DNA of 61,925 bases, counting the filler, from Nemertoderma westbladi (Eukaryota; Animalia; Xenacoelomorpha): assembly GCA_032718475.1 (NCBI GenBank). It is 3 parts of 3 records of this genome, joined end to end, with 100 filler letters (N's around TTAATTAATTAA, not from the genome) between each part and the next. Parts side by side here need not be neighbours in the genome. Positions count along the whole stretch, not along the records: positions 26,471 to 54,448 come from JAUCBJ010003263.1; positions 54,549 to 61,925 come from JAUCBJ010006186.1; 1 more part is not named here. The stretch is one strand, 5' to 3'. Below the pieces are notes generated by a model. That model did not search any database and was not told where the DNA came from. It saw only the letters and a program-made list of their open reading frames with translations. Made by a program: the position numbers and the translations under genes. Position 1 is the stretch's first letter. Every line of letters starts with the position of its first letter. Of this stretch, positions 49,801 to 61,925 are shown piece by piece.

Positions 49801-52800
49801 TCAGTTTTAGTGTCAAATAAATAGCACTTCACTTAGAGGCGTTCAGCTTCTGTGTAGTGACCCCCAGAAATAATAACATTTATTTCAAATATTGTCAAAA
49901 CCCCTTTTTAAACGGGTATATATCTATTATAAATCAACTCAAACGATTTATAAATAGTAGGCCTGCCATACAACAACTAGGTCTCACTGTCAGTTGGACT
50001 ACTGCTTAAATAACGGTAATAAAGTAAGTTAAAGTAACGAAGTAACCCCAAAATATTCAGAAATTCAATTATTCTAAAAAATAATTGACATACCGGTACT
50101 TACCATAGGCTTATTATATTTATTTCTATAAATTTGAGCTGAAATCATACCGGTACTCTGTAATTAATTCTAGTCCAGAATTATACTTATATACTATAAG
50201 TGTAAGCTGTATACCGGTATTCATTATAGGCCTACTATATATATATATATTTGTGCTAAAATTATACCGGTACTCTGTGACACATCTAGTCTGTAATAAC
50301 ACTTATATATTATAAGCATACCGGTATTCTAATATATTGTGTATATATCACGTTACACTGGGTAACGGTACCGGTAATAAATCGCTAGGCTTGCGGTCAT
50401 ACTGAATTACTAGACTTGCTTTAACTGAAACTATAGTAGTAGACATTCAACTGTATAACTAAACATGTCTGACACTCAGCAAAACCTGTCGGACAGTCTG
50501 ATCGAGACCACTATCTGTGATTCAGATAGGAGAGTGGAGCGAATAATAGAGAAGTTCGGCTCACCTCCTACTGTAAAAAAGGTCATCCCTCCAGTAGTAT
50601 CAGACCCTAGGCTAGTCCACCATAGGTCCATCATAGGCACTCGGGCACAGGTAAAACGGGACCAAGAGGCAGCTGTCCTATCGCAGCAACATCTTGGTCA
50701 AGAACCTACTTCCCAGAGACCGGATAGCTCCAGCAGTTCGGATACTGTAGAGTTGACTCCCGAACATGGAGTGCAGATGGCTGATACAGTCTACTGGCCA
50801 AAATTAGACAGCATCATGGATGGAACAGAGAATTAATCGGACCCCCTTCTTACTCTTCCTGCTGCAGTGCTAACTACTATATTCATTGCGGTGGAGGAAT
50901 ATCAAGCCGACTGGGCGAAGAATAAGTGAGCGACCCAAGATAATTACGCGGGATACGCCAGGGAAGAATTGAGATCTATTGTTGAATCACAATGGAACTT
51001 TCCCGGACTCGGACTTCCGTTTGATATGTCCGAGGCTACTTGGGAAGATATACACAGGATGGGAGTGGCAAAAGATACAATGGATCCAGCTGTTTGGAAG
51101 AGGTCGGCAGCAGGATATGTGCAGGGATTCTTCGGATCCTTGGAGCGATTGGAGGAACAACTGTTTCGACAACCTCACGGACCTCAAGAGCAGGAAGAAC
51201 TGCTATATCAAATACGCGAAAGAACCCTACGCATTCGACTAATCCTCTCAGCCTTTGAGGAAACTTCCAAAAGAAGACAGGACACGTCGCTGCAGGTTGC
51301 TGTCAAAACTTGGCTACATCGAGTAGATCTCAAAGTACAGGAAACAGCCCAGTGGAAATCCCAGCTGGCTGAGAGATCAATCTATGAGGAACCAACTGAT
51401 GTCTCCGAACAAACTGATGTCACCCTTGCTCAAGAAGAAAGCGAAGAGGCCGCCGAGAAACCGCGAACTAGAGACGCTATCGACATTTATTTGTCCGACT
51501 ATCAGCGATTCCTAGGAGACGAAGAGTTGAGGAGACGGCTACATGGACTTTCCCCTAATAGTGAAGGAACCAAGCTTATATTGGACGCGATCGATACCGA
51601 AATGTTAGCTGCAAACCAAGCTGAATGTGATGAAAAACTCCGTCTCACTAGAGTCCGAGAAGAACAAATAAAGAAAAGAAGGATAGAGGAACAAAAGGCG
51701 GCGGCTACGGCAGAAGCAGAAGCAGAAAGAAAGGCAGCGGCGGCAGAAGTAGAAGCAGAAAGAATAGCAGCAAGGGCAGCAGCGGCAGAAGCAGAAGCAA
51801 AAACAAAGGCAGCGGCGGCAGAAGCAAAGGCGGAAAGGGCAGTGGCCGAAGCAGAACGGAGAGCCTCTGAGCAGACTACCCAACTGGAGTTGGAAAATCT
51901 GCAAGAGACACAAGACAGTATAAATAAACAGTTTACTGCTAATCAAATGCAGATGATGAGAAAATCTACCCCCAAGCGCCAGGGGTACACCTCATCGGAA
52001 GAAGGCGATACTACCGACCCTGAAGGCGGAGGAGATAGATCTCATCTAAGTAGGCGTAGAAAAACATATTACCGTCGTAAATTGCCTGATTTGCCCCCAG
52101 CTGTTAAAAGACAGCTAACTAGCACAGATTTAGGTAGTGCAGAACCTATAGAACAATTTATCCAGGTCAAAAGACTCCCTACTATAGTCGATGAACCTGA
52201 AATAATTAGGCCTGTAATTCCCAAAGTCACTTCTATGCTAGAGACCCCTACACTTCCAGAGCTTAACTCTAAATTCCCTTTACATAGCACTACACTGCCT
52301 GTACCCGGTGGAACAGTCCATGCAAATACCCCTGTCCAGATAGCAGAGAGAGAAATCAATAATTTGTCTCCCGTCGTCCCGCGTCAGCCCGCTACTATGT
52401 TGGCGACTCCCGCTTCGGCGGTTGAGTGGGTGGAAGAGGGACGGCGGGGGATGAATCTTCTGCTAGGACAGATGCAGGAGACTGTCCACCAACTTAAGGG
52501 AACAGTGAGGGAAAGTAGAGCAGAGTTGCAAGAAGTGCAGCAAAGTATCGCGCTAGAACGCGACAAATTAGTCAATATACAAAAGGGCATACCAATACCC
52601 CCTGTAACCTTGTGTCAACCTGTTAGGTCTGAAGTATTACATGCGCAAGGTGTGGAGCCTACACGCATCTATACTGCTAGTGAAGTTGAAACTCCTATAG
52701 CAAACCCTATTAAGGGTGATTATAGACCTGTTATTAATGATATTCCCTATAGACCTGATAATGATCCGAGAAATTTGTATACCGATAATTCGATATTAAA

Positions 52801-53101
52801 TAACACGATGGCCCAAGAAAGCTTTACGCGTCAGATGGCTAGAACAGAAGCCCGCCAAGCGGTCAAAGTGGGAGAGATCGTCAAATTCAATGGGGATGAG
52901 ATGAAATGGTTACCTTTCAACGAATATTACAAAGATAGCATACAGAACTCTGTACTATCTAACGGAGAGAAACTTAGATTCCTCATCAAGTGTTTGGAAG
53001 GACCTCCCAAGTTAATGGCGTTAAAGTTTATTGGACATCCAGATGGACTAAGACAAGTTTGGGATACATTAAACATCAGGTATGGTAACAAAGATGCCTA
53101 A
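46898..53101 (+). mobile_element. BEL/Pao-like LTR retrotransposon, copy 2 (no pol recognisable)
   Basis: Begins TGTAAAAGC; colinear with copy 1; gag ends with KFNGDEMKWLPF...EKLRFLIKCLEG...WDTLNIRYGN (DUF1759-like). Confidence 0.8.
50465..53101 (+). pseudogene. Gag-like ORF interrupted by two in-frame stops
   Basis: ORFs 50465-50836 and 50969-53101 share one frame; TAA at 50834 and TGA at 50927 (CAA in copy 1). Confidence 0.8.
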
Positions 53102-54448
53102 GGAGGTGAGGTCTCTATAAGGGTGTCTTTAACAGGCGGCGGCGGACTCGTGAGGGTCTGGGGGCACGTTAAATCGTTACTATAGTGCAAGGGAGTTACT
53201 GAAGGCCCTCGTGTCTTACGAACCATGAATCAACATGGTGCCGTGGTATCGCCTAGTCGGCCTGTTGCCGTACTGCCAGTCCTGTACACAGTAGGGGTGG
53301 TGGCTTAGTGTGATCTGTGGTTTATGTGGTCTATGTGGTAGGTCTATGTGTGGTATGTATGAGTTGACCAGACTCTTTACTGTCTCCAATCGGTTGCCAA
53401 AACGTGTTTTTTCCCAGGGTAGCACTATTGGAATGGAGGTGTTGCATCGGAATGGACAGGTTCCTGATGATTCTGTTGGTACTACTATTGGAATGGAGGT
53501 GGCACCCGGAATATCGGCTGCAAGGAGGGGTTGGTGTTGTAGTGTGGTCCGAGTGAATGATACTCTGGAATCTGTGGTATGTGTGTGTACGTGGTATACG
53601 TGAGTGTGTGTATGGCCACTGCGAGTGAGTGTGGGAAACCTTGCCGGTTGGTTCAGTCGCCGCCGGTTATTAGTAGGACCATATTTTACTGCGCCCCAGC
53701 ATACTTTGTGCACACAAAGTTATTTTACCCTGTCGGTAAAATAAAGTACTCTCGACTCTTTATTAGTCGATACAATTTTGTCCCCTCTGATTTTGTCACC
53801 GATTTTGTCCATACCCGATTATGTCTTCTGTGTGTGCATGGTATGTGTCAGATTTTGTGTTTACCGTAGTGTACTCGATTTCGTGAACATCTGTTGAGTA
53901 CACGTGTACAGTGACTGGTAAGTGGTGACTTGTTCCTAGCTTTCGAGCTAGTCAGTATTGTTTGCGGAACCGACTTCCCCTCAATACTGCCGGCGAGGCG
54001 GGTGAAAACGTGTCAATATTCCATGCTGGGTAGCGCAAGCCCACATGGGACAAGACCGTCGGTTTGGCTCAAGGGCGACCTTGATGCTCGATCGCTATCG
54101 ACTGGTCCACCCGCCGGTTGACTCTCTGAGTTGGCTCAATGTACAGTCAGGCCACAGCAAGTTGACAGTAGCCGACCATCTGGCTACACCGACGAGTTGT
54201 GCCGGTGTGATCGGGGGATTGAAAAGTGAACCCGGGAAGCATCGGGCTATCCTCCGGCCCAGTCTGATAAAAACGGAGTCGGACTGGCCCCAAGGGTAGT
54301 GGAACAGCGTCCGCCTCATGGGTGCGCCTCGGAGTCATCAGAGAGGAGCCCAGAAGGACGTAAGCGAACATAGCTAAGTATTTGTATACAAAATTGGTAG
54401 CCCCCCGACACTTCCTTAGTAGTGGGATTATAGAATTTTCCGATGAAA

Positions 54449-54548
54449 NNNNNNNNNNNNNNNNNNNNNNNNNNNNNNNNNNNNNNNNNNNNTTAATTAA
54501 TTAANNNNNNNNNNNNNNNNNNNNNNNNNNNNNNNNNNNNNNNNNNNN
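54449..54548. other. Artificial contig linker (44 N + TTAATTAATTAA + 44 N)
   Basis: Same as 26371-26470. Confidence 0.97.
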
Positions 54549-55732
54549 TGTATTAAATGTATAATTAAAATTAATAAAAGTTGTTAAATATAATTATAAT
54601 TGAATATTTAATAACTCTTTTCATTTTCAAGTTATAACAATTTCCATTTAGGGAGACCTATTGGAATTACTATTACTATGTATAATGAAATATCAATATC
54701 TCCAAGTATTTTTTAATTAATTTGTCAAATTCAAAACCCTACTACTTCTACAATTTTTGAGCAATTAGTCTGAAAATTTATATGGGTGTCGTCTACATGG
54801 CAACGCTGCATAAAATTTCAGACAACGTTTGGAAATATTTAGTTAGTAAAATTGAATACTATTTATAACAAACCTAAAAATTTGCGTCAATTTTCAGCGC
54901 CACCTAGCGGTGCAGAGACATATTCACAAAATTTCGTCTGATAGATATGTTTCCCATTCCTTGATTTAGCATATAAAAAAACTTTCATGTGATTTGATTC
55001 AAAACTGTAAAAAACCAAACACCTGGGAGTGATAAATCGAAGAGTTGTGGTGTGCCCCCCCCCCCCCCCCCTAAAAGCTTTTACGACCCTCGTTTTGTTA
55101 TTGAATATTATATGTTTGAAACGACGTTACTTGTGCCCTAACGCCATAATGTGCTATTTTATGACAAATCGCATTGTTATTTTGGGTGAATCAGCGGTTT
55201 CATATTATTATAAATTTCGTCGGGAACATCTTAACAAATTCCGCAGTGGCGTTCAGGTGGGATTGTGCTGGTGATCTCCAGGATGGAAATGTGGCGCTCG
55301 CTCTGACCATTCCACTATCCGATATCCTGTATGTCCGCTAATTACGTCCTCATATCCTTCTATCTGTTAATACCAATGATCTGCAGTCACTGTACCATAC
55401 TGTACTCAGTGTACTGAACTGTACTGTATTGTATACTGTACTGAATACTGTACTGTACTTGGCCGGCTTTAGCAATTTGCTACAATGAAATAGTATAGTT
55501 TATATTAACCATGAACGGTCACTATAATTAACAGTCACTCACCCTATACTCTCTACAAATTTTAGCAGATCACCAACAGAGAAAAGCGACTGGTATTTTA
55601 TTTTTGTAATTGCTTCTGTTTGGAGTTGTTTCATGACGTGAAATGAGTCATTCTTATACTGTCATTAGTAGCCTGTGTGGGTATTATGGTCTATATAAAC
55701 GTCTGAATGATCTGTATATGTATAAATGTCAA

Positions 55733-56640
55733 CGTGCCCCCCCGTACAATTGCCCCCCAGTTAATTGCCCCCCGGACAATTGTCCCCAGGACAATTGCCC
55801 CCTGAGGATAATTGCCACTGACAATTACTTCTATCTAATATTACCTTGACAACCACTTCTAAACTTTTAGTTTTTATGTGAGAACATTTTTTTGACAGTA
55901 TGCTAGCTATATATACTGGTTTTTAATAAATAATTTGATGGCTTCATTCAGTACGTTAACATTGTATTTTTATTGGAATATGATACTTTAGTTGTTATAA
56001 AATACCGGGCACACATAAGAAACATGCATTTTTAAATAATCTGAAACGGGCTTAGCAATATACAATTTGTTTTTATTGTTATACAAGTTAGGAACAAGCT
56101 AGGAACTTAACTAACTTGCTTCTTAGGAACGACCTTATTTTTTTGCAATTTTCCTCTGGGGAAATTGCCCGGTGTGTAAAAGTGCCCGGTTCACAGATAC
56201 ACACATCGCGGTGACAGCACGGTGGTTTTGCGTCACATTTTGAACGCACCTTGACAGCGCTGAATCCAAAAACCAAACGATGTGATTGACAAGCCCTGCG
56301 ATTCCAGAACGCTGTCACCGCCTTGGCGGGTATTTGTCCTAGTTCCTACGTTTCCTACTGTTTTACGGATTTGACATGTGCAGTGCATTCGATTACTGCC
56401 GTCAAATTGGATGTCATCGAGCCCTGGAATGAGAGACAAGAAATAACAGACGCCAAAGTAAAACCCTAGCTGCATTCAATAGATTTGGGGGCTTCATAAT
56501 CAGTTGCTATTTGAGGGAATTTTAATGGCACTATTACCTTCTGGCATCAATGGAAAGACATCCCATGGGAACACATCTCTAATATTTGGCCCTAGAAACC
56601 TATCCAAGGCGATATAATTTATAATATAAACGGCGTGGAA
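55733..56640 (-). mobile_element. Degenerate Mutator-like (MULE) element remnant
   Basis: ~15-bp subterminal repeats GGACAATTGCCCCC (55735-55830); broken minus-strand VFP, GCL(F)HxCQ and RTN motifs reminiscent of MULE transposases. Confidence 0.45.
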
Positions 56641-58887
56641 CTGTGCAATACTATTCATAATATTATTGTATTGTACTATTTAATAATATGCTTAATAAAA
56701 ACATTTGGCACTGCCACTAAATAAACATAGCAGGTTAGTGTTTGATGCTTTGATATCCTGTGGAGAAACTAATTAATATTTGACCCTGAATGTTACTCAA
56801 AATCTTTAGTTTACCAATGTGAAAGGCGATATGTTATGATTGCTCTATACAAACTTTAATAGATAATAAGCGCCAATCTAAAGTGCTTAAGTAGGTATTT
56901 TTGGACGAACTATTTAATTAAGTTTAATATAAGATAAAATGTATTTAATTCGCATCATAAATGGTACGTACCCTACTTTAAATATAGTAACAATGGTGAC
57001 TCAATTAGAAGGAGTTTGATATATTGTCTGATGTGAGATAAAAGGTGGAAGTTTAATGGATGTGTATAGTATTAATTGTACCGTTTCTAATTTAGAAGGC
57101 GGATCTAATAGTTAACCTTTTTAATTACATTTTTAATTCAATGTCTCAAAGATATCAAGTTATTAAGTTATAAAATTTATTAAGAATAACATTCTTAATT
57201 TCACGTATATTTAAGTTATTATTTAACTTATAAAGATAATTTCTTACTTTGTTTTAACGACAGACTCTCTTAAAGTTTCCATTGCTGAATAATGTACTTT
57301 TTTTATAATATAATATAAATAAATGTATTTTTTTACCATTCAATAAATACTATAATTAGAGTTAGTAATAATAACAATGATAATACAATTTAAAGCTATC
57401 TAGAATTAATCTTTTTAAAAGCTATAAATGATTAAAAAAACTACAATCATACATAAAACCTAGACCCCAGGAAAAAATAAACCAATTAATTACCTACCAT
57501 ACAATTACTTCGCACAACATATTACATTGACAATAAAATCAAACCACAGCGAAAAATCAAATCTAAATCGAACTTAATCAAATCCAAATAATGAATACAA
57601 CCATAACACTTAATAATTCATTCAAATAAATCATAGAAAACAACTTGGAAAGTTTGATTTCTTTACAACTTTACGATTAAAAATTAAAATTTAGAATACA
57701 CAATAGAATTAAAACTAATAAAAGACTAGAAGGGAGGCTAGTTAATTTTCCGTACACATTAAAATATTTTTGAATTTTTTCTAATATTTTTGAAAATAGT
57801 GGTTTTTGCAGTAAAATATGTAGTATTCGTGTAAATACTTGTAATTAAAATGTTATATTCGTTCCAGGCCCTGGGTCATCAAATACAGTGTAAAACAAAC
57901 TTTAAATCGAGCTCTAAATTAAACACTTCATTTAACCTTCAACTATTTTTTTGCTTTACAACTTTTTAACTTCATTTGGGTCTGCAGCAGTTGTCCGAGT
58001 AAGACCTAGATCTACCTATGTCGGACTGTTGGTTAAACGGTCAGCAAAGGGTTAATTTAAAAATGTAACATCAATAAAGCACTCCTGGTAACATGAAGTC
58101 CAGAATCCAGAAGCAAGCAAAGATAATGAGATTGGCTAGTACGTCTTTGGAAGTTGATGCATACAGACGGAAAAGTGCCAGGATACAGTGGTCGTATTCT
58201 ACCAAAAACAAAACAATAAACGATAGTCATACAGATTTACTTTTTTCATTTTTTGTTAATAACAAAAGGCGGGATTTTGTTGGCCGTCGGTTGATAGTTG
58301 TCTGCTGTCGGAGTACCATTTCCCATTTGCTTTAATAGTCAATATCAATTCAATAGTGCAATAGTATAATATGAATGAATGACAGCATCCAATATAAGTT
58401 TATTAAAATTTATTTATTTATTTGCTTTAAAGTACGGGCACTACTGGCCCATTCTAAACCACGTTAATTATACTAACTAAATATACAAAATAAAAACCAA
58501 ACCAAACCAAACACACAGCACAAACTTAACAATATTTATAATTGCAACTGTCTAGAAAGATAAATACACCAACAACATTAAACTATTATTATTAAAATAT
58601 ACAATATTAAAATTAAACAAACTAAATATTAACCTATTTCTCTGGCTCTTCCACGTCTGTAAATAATCAATGAAAATACTCTCTAATTATTGATGATTTG
58701 TATTATAATAATCTATGCGTTGCCATCCATAACAAATTGATACTAAACTTTTTGTATAAACTAATCTTGGTTATATAAATTAATTAATGTTGATGTGATT
58801 TATTTGTCAATATATTTAAACCATTTCATGGATTAGCACAAAGTAGTAGAACATCATCATAGTCCTTCTTCTCAAATCAAACCAGAA

Positions 58888-59146
58888 ATGTCTAGTCGGA
58901 AATTAGCCGATATCTCTGCTGATTTGGCGGGCATACCATCTGTTGAAATCACCACTGAATCTGCACTAAATCCTGAGATGAGGAAAAGAAACCTAGGAAC
59001 GATGGGACGACTGGATATCGAGAAGGAAAGTCTGGGAAGACAGGAACGATTTAAAGGGAAGGAGTTGGAAGTTGAATCAGCCGAAATGAGGGACGACTTG
59101 CGAAAGATTCATAGTAAAAGCCCAGGAATAGATGAAATGCTTGCAG
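58888..59146 (+). CDS. Probable first coding exon of an unidentified gene
   Basis: CAG|AAATG context, 86 protein-like codons, strong donor GCAG|GTAAGA at 59146/59147. Confidence 0.6.
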
Positions 59147-59158
59147 GTAAGACAATTT

Positions 59159-59545
59159 AATTATTGACCTAATGGTACCTAATTATTGACCACAGTAATG
59201 GTACCTATTTATTGAACACACTAATGGTACCTAATTATTGACCACACTAATGGCACCTAATTATTGACCACACTAATGGTACCTAATTATTGACCACACT
59301 AATGGTACCTAATTATTGACCACACTAATGGTACCTAATTATTGATCACACTAATGGTACCTAATTATTGACCACACTAATGGTACCTAATTATTGACCA
59401 CACTAATGGTACCTAATTATTGACCACACTAATGGTACCTAATTATTGACCACACTAATGGTACCTAATTATTGATCACACTAATGGTACCTAATTATTG
59501 ACCTCACTAATGGTACCTAATTATTGACCACACTAATGGTACTAA
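59159..59545. repeat. 26-bp minisatellite (~15 copies)
   Basis: CTAATGGTACCTAATTATTGACCACA in tandem. Confidence 0.95.
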
Positions 59546-60022
59546 TTGTACCTAATTTTAAATTGATGGCTAGCAAATAATTACAATGTTAATTTTAAAT
59601 TATAATACTCAAACACTGTTAGGCATATTGTTACCAAACATACGTATATGTAATCGTTGCTAAAGAAACTGGCTGGTCTAGAATGATCGTTGTTATAGAT
59701 GTCATGATGAACCTGCATTATGGTGCAATGCCTAATGCATTAATTTAGACATAGACCACATTCTAATAATCATAGATTATGAATTTAGGATTATTATTGG
59801 TTGTATTGTTAGATGAGGCTTCTTCGAAGCAGTCTAACAACTCCCCTCCCATGAATTTTCAGCTGTATCAACAATCATAATATGTTTACATGGTGATCTT
59901 TGTCTTCTTTTTCAAGATTGAGTGTTTATCTGTTGATGTATAAGGAAGTCAGTAAAACATATTCCACCACGATAAATTAAGATAAATATGCATAAAATAA
60001 ACGTTTCATGGAATGTCGCAAC

Positions 60023-60816
60023 ACTACTACTACTACTACTAGGATCGGCATGCTGCATTGCAGCTGCATTTTTAAGAATGCTGTGCCGGCTTGTCGACAA
60101 AATTGCGCCGCCACAACTCCCTATCACCCATGACATTTGCTAGATCATCCGCATCTTCAAGGCCAGTGTCCTTTAAGATGCGTCTCAAGAAAGTCATGTG
60201 CTGTCCACCATGCTTATTCACCCCATGAGGCTGCCAAAGTACAAGATTATACACTGGCTGGTCCTCACGGTGAAAGTAATATCCTGCAAAGCGGAGGCGA
60301 TTTTGTTCTAGTGTCAAGCTTGGAGGAACCAATGAGACACCTCCGATGGTATATAGTGTCTGGTTGGAGATGTGTACATTGTACTTGACACAATGAACCC
60401 GGCGTAGCATTCTTGTGAATGTGCCATCCAGAGATTTGGTGTCCTCCGCAGTTAGAGCCCAGCATGGACTCCCATAGAGGAGTACTGGAACTACTGCTGC
60501 TCTAAATAATCGGACCTTACGTTTCCGATTAATTCTCGGTGACTTCCAAATCCCGGAAAGCCTATTCAAGGCTGCCCATGCCTTTCTCTTACGTATTCGA
60601 AGGTCCTCACCTGACTCTCAGGTAACAGAAGTCGTCCACATGCTCAAGCATACCATCCTTTGAGGTTATGCTCATCCGATCAGAGACTTGCTGAGGACTT
60701 TCAAAGTTAAATGCCAAAATTTTGGTCTTTCTGGAGTTAATAAAAAGACCAACACTAGAAGCAGCCTGTTCTAATGAGCCGAGGAGCCGTTAGGCTCCCT
60801 CTAATGATTCTGAGAG
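60023..60816 (-). mobile_element. 5'-truncated RTE-like LINE, same family as 5798-7184
   Basis: Near-identical reverse complement of about 6422-7184; (TAG)n tail at 60023-60041; ORF 60072-60569. Confidence 0.93.
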
Positions 60817-61103
60817 CGCCAGTCCGCGCAGCACTATTGCGCTACCTGCCCTATTGGGATTGACTGTAGGCCATGCCTGGCCAACCAGTACTACTTGTCT
60901 GCATGTGCATAACACTTTTACCGATCCCGTCATATACTGGGATTCTTACCTACCGATACCGGTACACGGTACCTCAGTACCTACCGTTGTACATTATTGC
61001 TGTATCTTGTGTTATTGCCACTTTTAGTACCATATAGCTTCTCTGTTATTATATTATCATATACTGATACATATATCATTCTTAGCTTCCTTCCACATTG
61101 GCG

Positions 61104-61116
61104 TGGTGGCAGCGGT
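61104..61116 (+). promoter_or_regulatory. Primer-binding site, tRNA-Leu-type
   Basis: TGGTGGCAGCGGT is complementary to a tRNA-Leu 3' end (ACCGCUGCCACCA); it follows an LTR-like ...CCACA end at 61097 and precedes a gag-like ORF. Confidence 0.65.
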
Positions 61117-61546
61117 TGTGATATCTTAGAACTCACATCCACCACAGTCTGACACTCAGACTGTCAACTTAGCCATTTCTGAAATCTCGGAAGCCGCTAC
61201 CTACAGACTCGCTATCTACCTCAGGCAGTCAGTACCTACAGCTGTACGGCAACACTTGATACCCTACTCATGTTCTGCATGTTCCAGCAGTCATTCAGGC
61301 AGACTCATCCAGCTTGTTTTCACTGTATAACCACACACTGACGACCGAACTTCATTCAGTGTATCGTACCAGCAGACCAGTACAACACGAACACACCACT
61401 GCTACACTGCAGGATCCAGTCAGTTTGTAAAGCCTATTAGCCTAACTTCCATTGCCTACCGGTACCGGTAGGCCAACAAAAAAAAAGCAAGGCCTAATAA
61501 ATCAGGCCTAGTTACTTACCTATAAACTGATAAAGGCATCTGTACT

Positions 61547-61925
61547 ATGGCTACTTTACAGACATTACGGACACCAAAACTACATCTTCTGTCCAAAGTC
61601 GAGACTATCACCACATTTGAGTCTTGGCGCCAGACACTCATATACAGCCTGGCACAAGACCCTGAGTTTGCACGTTTTACCATTGCTGGTGTGGAGTGGG
61701 CCCGATTAACCCCTAATAACCCAACTCGGGACCTCCAAGATGACCCAGATACTGTCCCCCCCAATCGACGCCGAACAGCAGCTCAACAGGTCGCAACCCT
61801 GGAGTTAATGCTTGGCCAAATTGCTAATTATGCACCAATTATTTCCAGAAATTCAATTATCCGGACCTCAACATCCCTGGGATCCATTTGGCAATTAATA
61901 CGACTACACTTTGGTTTCCAAGCAA
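61547..61925 (+). CDS. N-terminus of a Gypsy-like LTR retrotransposon polyprotein, running off the window
   Basis: Open frame [35 protein letters not shown]...[21 protein letters not shown]...[11 protein letters not shown], recalled as similar to marine-invertebrate retrotransposon polyproteins; upstream PBS; absent from the ORF track because it has no stop in the window. Confidence 0.7.
   Translation, partial: MATLQTLRTPKLHLLSKVETITTFESWRQTLIYSLAQDPEFARFTIAGVEWARLTPNNPTRDLQDDPDTVPPNRRRTAAQQVATLELMLGQIANYAPIISRNSIIRTSTSLGSIWQLIRLHFGFQA

Noticed and set aside
58068-58198. Possible minus-strand terminal exon YDHCILALFRLY...FMLPGVLY
   Set aside because: Acceptor is plausible, but there is no recognisable homology or partner exon, and it does not match upstream GABA-B sequence.

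Overview
AT-rich, intron-containing, repeat-rich animal (invertebrate-like) genomic DNA. It consists of three contigs joined by artificial 100-nt N/TTAATTAATTAA linkers (26371-26470, 54449-54548). Host genes: (1) a 2.1-kb first coding exon of an ATP7-type Cu+ P1B-ATPase (minus strand; the rest lies beyond the left edge); (2) a spliced choline-monooxygenase-like Rieske oxygenase ending only about 270 bp upstream of the ATP7 start; (3) the last three exons of a GABA-B receptor 1-like class C GPCR (minus); (4) an intronless CAP-Gly gene nested antisense in that GPCR's intron; (5) a small Shisa/STMC6-like membrane protein; (6) tRNA-Arg(ACG); (7) the first exon of an unknown plus-strand gene. The rest is mobile and repeat DNA: a 5-kb G-rich 82-bp satellite, a 3-kb 36-bp minisatellite, several short minisatellites, RTE-like and CR1-like LINEs, a tRNA-derived Nin/Deu-type SINE, two copies of a BEL/Pao-like element, the start of a Gypsy-like element, Harbinger and MULE remnants, hAT-type MITEs and foldback elements. 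Best leads: a possible operon/trans-spliced oxygenase-ATP7 pair, an array of K-turn/UUCG-like hairpins, cryptic Cys-less HMA domains in ATP7, a chimeric retro-insertion under one TSD, and minisatellites that sit next to splice sites. All calls were made by eye; no database searches were run.
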